Of a DNA stretch of 64,000 nucleotides, positions 63,283-64,000 are shown piece by piece. The notes beneath the pieces were generated by a model. The model was given only the letters and a program-made list of their open reading frames with translations, was not told where the DNA came from and did not search any database. The stretch spans positions 47,261-111,260 of the forward strand of contig DAOUFJ010000030.1 of assembly GCA_034429935.1 (NCBI GenBank), written 5' to 3'. Within the stretch, counting starts at the first letter, position 1; every line of letters begins with the position of its first letter. This DNA is from Dehalococcoidales bacterium (GTDB lineage: Bacteria > Chloroflexota > Dehalococcoidia > Dehalococcoidales > UBA5627). A program made the position numbers and the translations under genes.

Positions 63283-64000
63283 TTAAATCTGCGGCTTTCT
63301 CTTGTGCCAGTCGGTAGCCTGCTGGTAGGCATGGGCGACTTTCAGAATATTTCCCTCGGCGAAGGGTTTGCCGATAACCTGCACGCCTATCGGCAGCCCG
63401 TCGGCAAATCCGGCCGGTATGGAGATTGCCGGGACGCCGGCAATGTTTATGGGAATCGTAAATACATCCGAAAGATACATTTGAACGGGGTCCTGTACTT
63501 TCTCTCCTATCTTAAAAGGCACGGTGGGGGAGGTGGGGGTCACCAGCGCATCGTATTTCTCGAATGCCTGCTCGAACTCCCTGCGGATAAGCGTGCGCAC
63601 TTTCTGCGCTTTGAGGTAATAGGCATCATAATAACCGGCAGATAGAGCATAGCTGCCCAGCATGATACGCCGCTTTACCTCGGGCCCAAACCCGATTTCG
63701 CGGGTCTTCTCCATCGCTTCCCACATGTTCTCCGTATCCTTGTAGGAAAAGCCGTATTTTACGCCGTCATAGCGTGCCAGGTTAGCCGAGGCTTCCGACG
63801 GGGCGATGATATAGTAAACTGCCAGGGCATAAGGGGTACTGGGCAGCGATACGTTCCAATCGATTATGGCGCCCAGTTCCTCCAGTTTAGCAACAGAGGC
63901 TTTAACAGCATCCTCGACCTCTTTCTGCATTCCATCCACGAAATACTCTTTGGGAACGCCGATGCGCATGCCCTTGATGTCTCCCGTCAGGCATTTCGTA
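63283..64000 (-). CDS. gatA: Asp/Glu-tRNA amidotransferase subunit A, C-terminal part (gene continues beyond the right edge)
   Basis: ..GMRIGVPKEYF..., AYYLKAQKVRTLI, FTIPINIAGVPAISIPAGF..GLPIGVQVIG. The frame is open to the window end. Confidence 0.9.
   Translation of the reverse strand, partial: TKCLTGDIKGMRIGVPKEYFVDGMQKEVEDAVKASVAKLEELGAIIDWNVSLPSTPYALAVYYIIAPSEASANLARYDGVKYGFSYKDTENMWEAMEKTREIGFGPEVKRRIMLGSYALSAGYYDAYYLKAQKVRTLIRREFEQAFEKYDALVTPTSPTVPFKIGEKVQDPVQMYLSDVFTIPINIAGVPAISIPAGFADGLPIGVQVIGKPFAEGNILKVAHAYQQATDWHKRKPQI

Overview
This is a 64-kb bacterial chromosomal window. UvrB, FtsK, RNase J, RarA, GatA, PspA and an initiator tRNA with an unpaired C1 all point to a bacterium. 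An anaerobic Chloroflexota/Dehalococcoidia-like host is only my guess. Housekeeping blocks (about 1-15.3 kb, 18.9-22.2 kb and 51.5-64 kb) alternate with visibly AT-richer accessory blocks.

(1) Integration hotspot. A tRNA-fMet(CAT) gene lies at 51461-51535. Its 3' 45 nt recur as direct repeats at 44178-44222 and 37820-37866.
- The repeats delimit two tandem integrative elements and the frameshifted integrase stub of a third.
- Element A (about 7.3 kb) carries a tyrosine integrase, Xis, a Rep_trans-like initiator and a cargo Rad50/RloC-like ABC ATPase with a translationally coupled 55-aa ORF.
- Element B (about 6.4 kb) has an integrase ORF that appears to span attP. In the integrated state xis plus an HTH N-part sit at one end and the catalytic C-part at the other. 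Excision would rebuild one in-frame 356-codon gene.

(2) Molybdoenzyme locus (22.6-37 kb, AT-rich).
- Regulation: PAS histidine kinase, OmpR-type regulator and two stand-alone pseudo-receivers.
- A duplicated leader with a conserved 12-codon uORF precedes two lipoprotein genes.
- A Tat-exported, lipobox-bearing molybdoenzyme resembles pyrogallol-transhydroxylase/resorcinol-hydroxylase, with an FeS beta subunit and a membrane protein.
- An unusual cluster follows: QueG-like FeS protein, B12-radical-SAM with a C-terminal PqqD/RRE domain, U32-like protein, and a NapG/NapH/FMN-bind electron module.

(3) Smaller items.
- Toxin-antitoxin genes.
- A zinc-finger/transglutaminase-like membrane protein.
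- A GIY-YIG gene flanked by repeat modules.
- A Ppm-like GT2 plus PMT-like GT-C pair.
- An AmmeMemoRadiSam operon.
- A PspA plus TPM/coiled-coil pair.
- A Cheo-type LexA box before rarA.

(4) Intergenic repeats. Many intergenic regions are mosaics of short hairpin repeat modules whose outer stems co-vary.

No rRNA genes or CRISPR arrays were seen.
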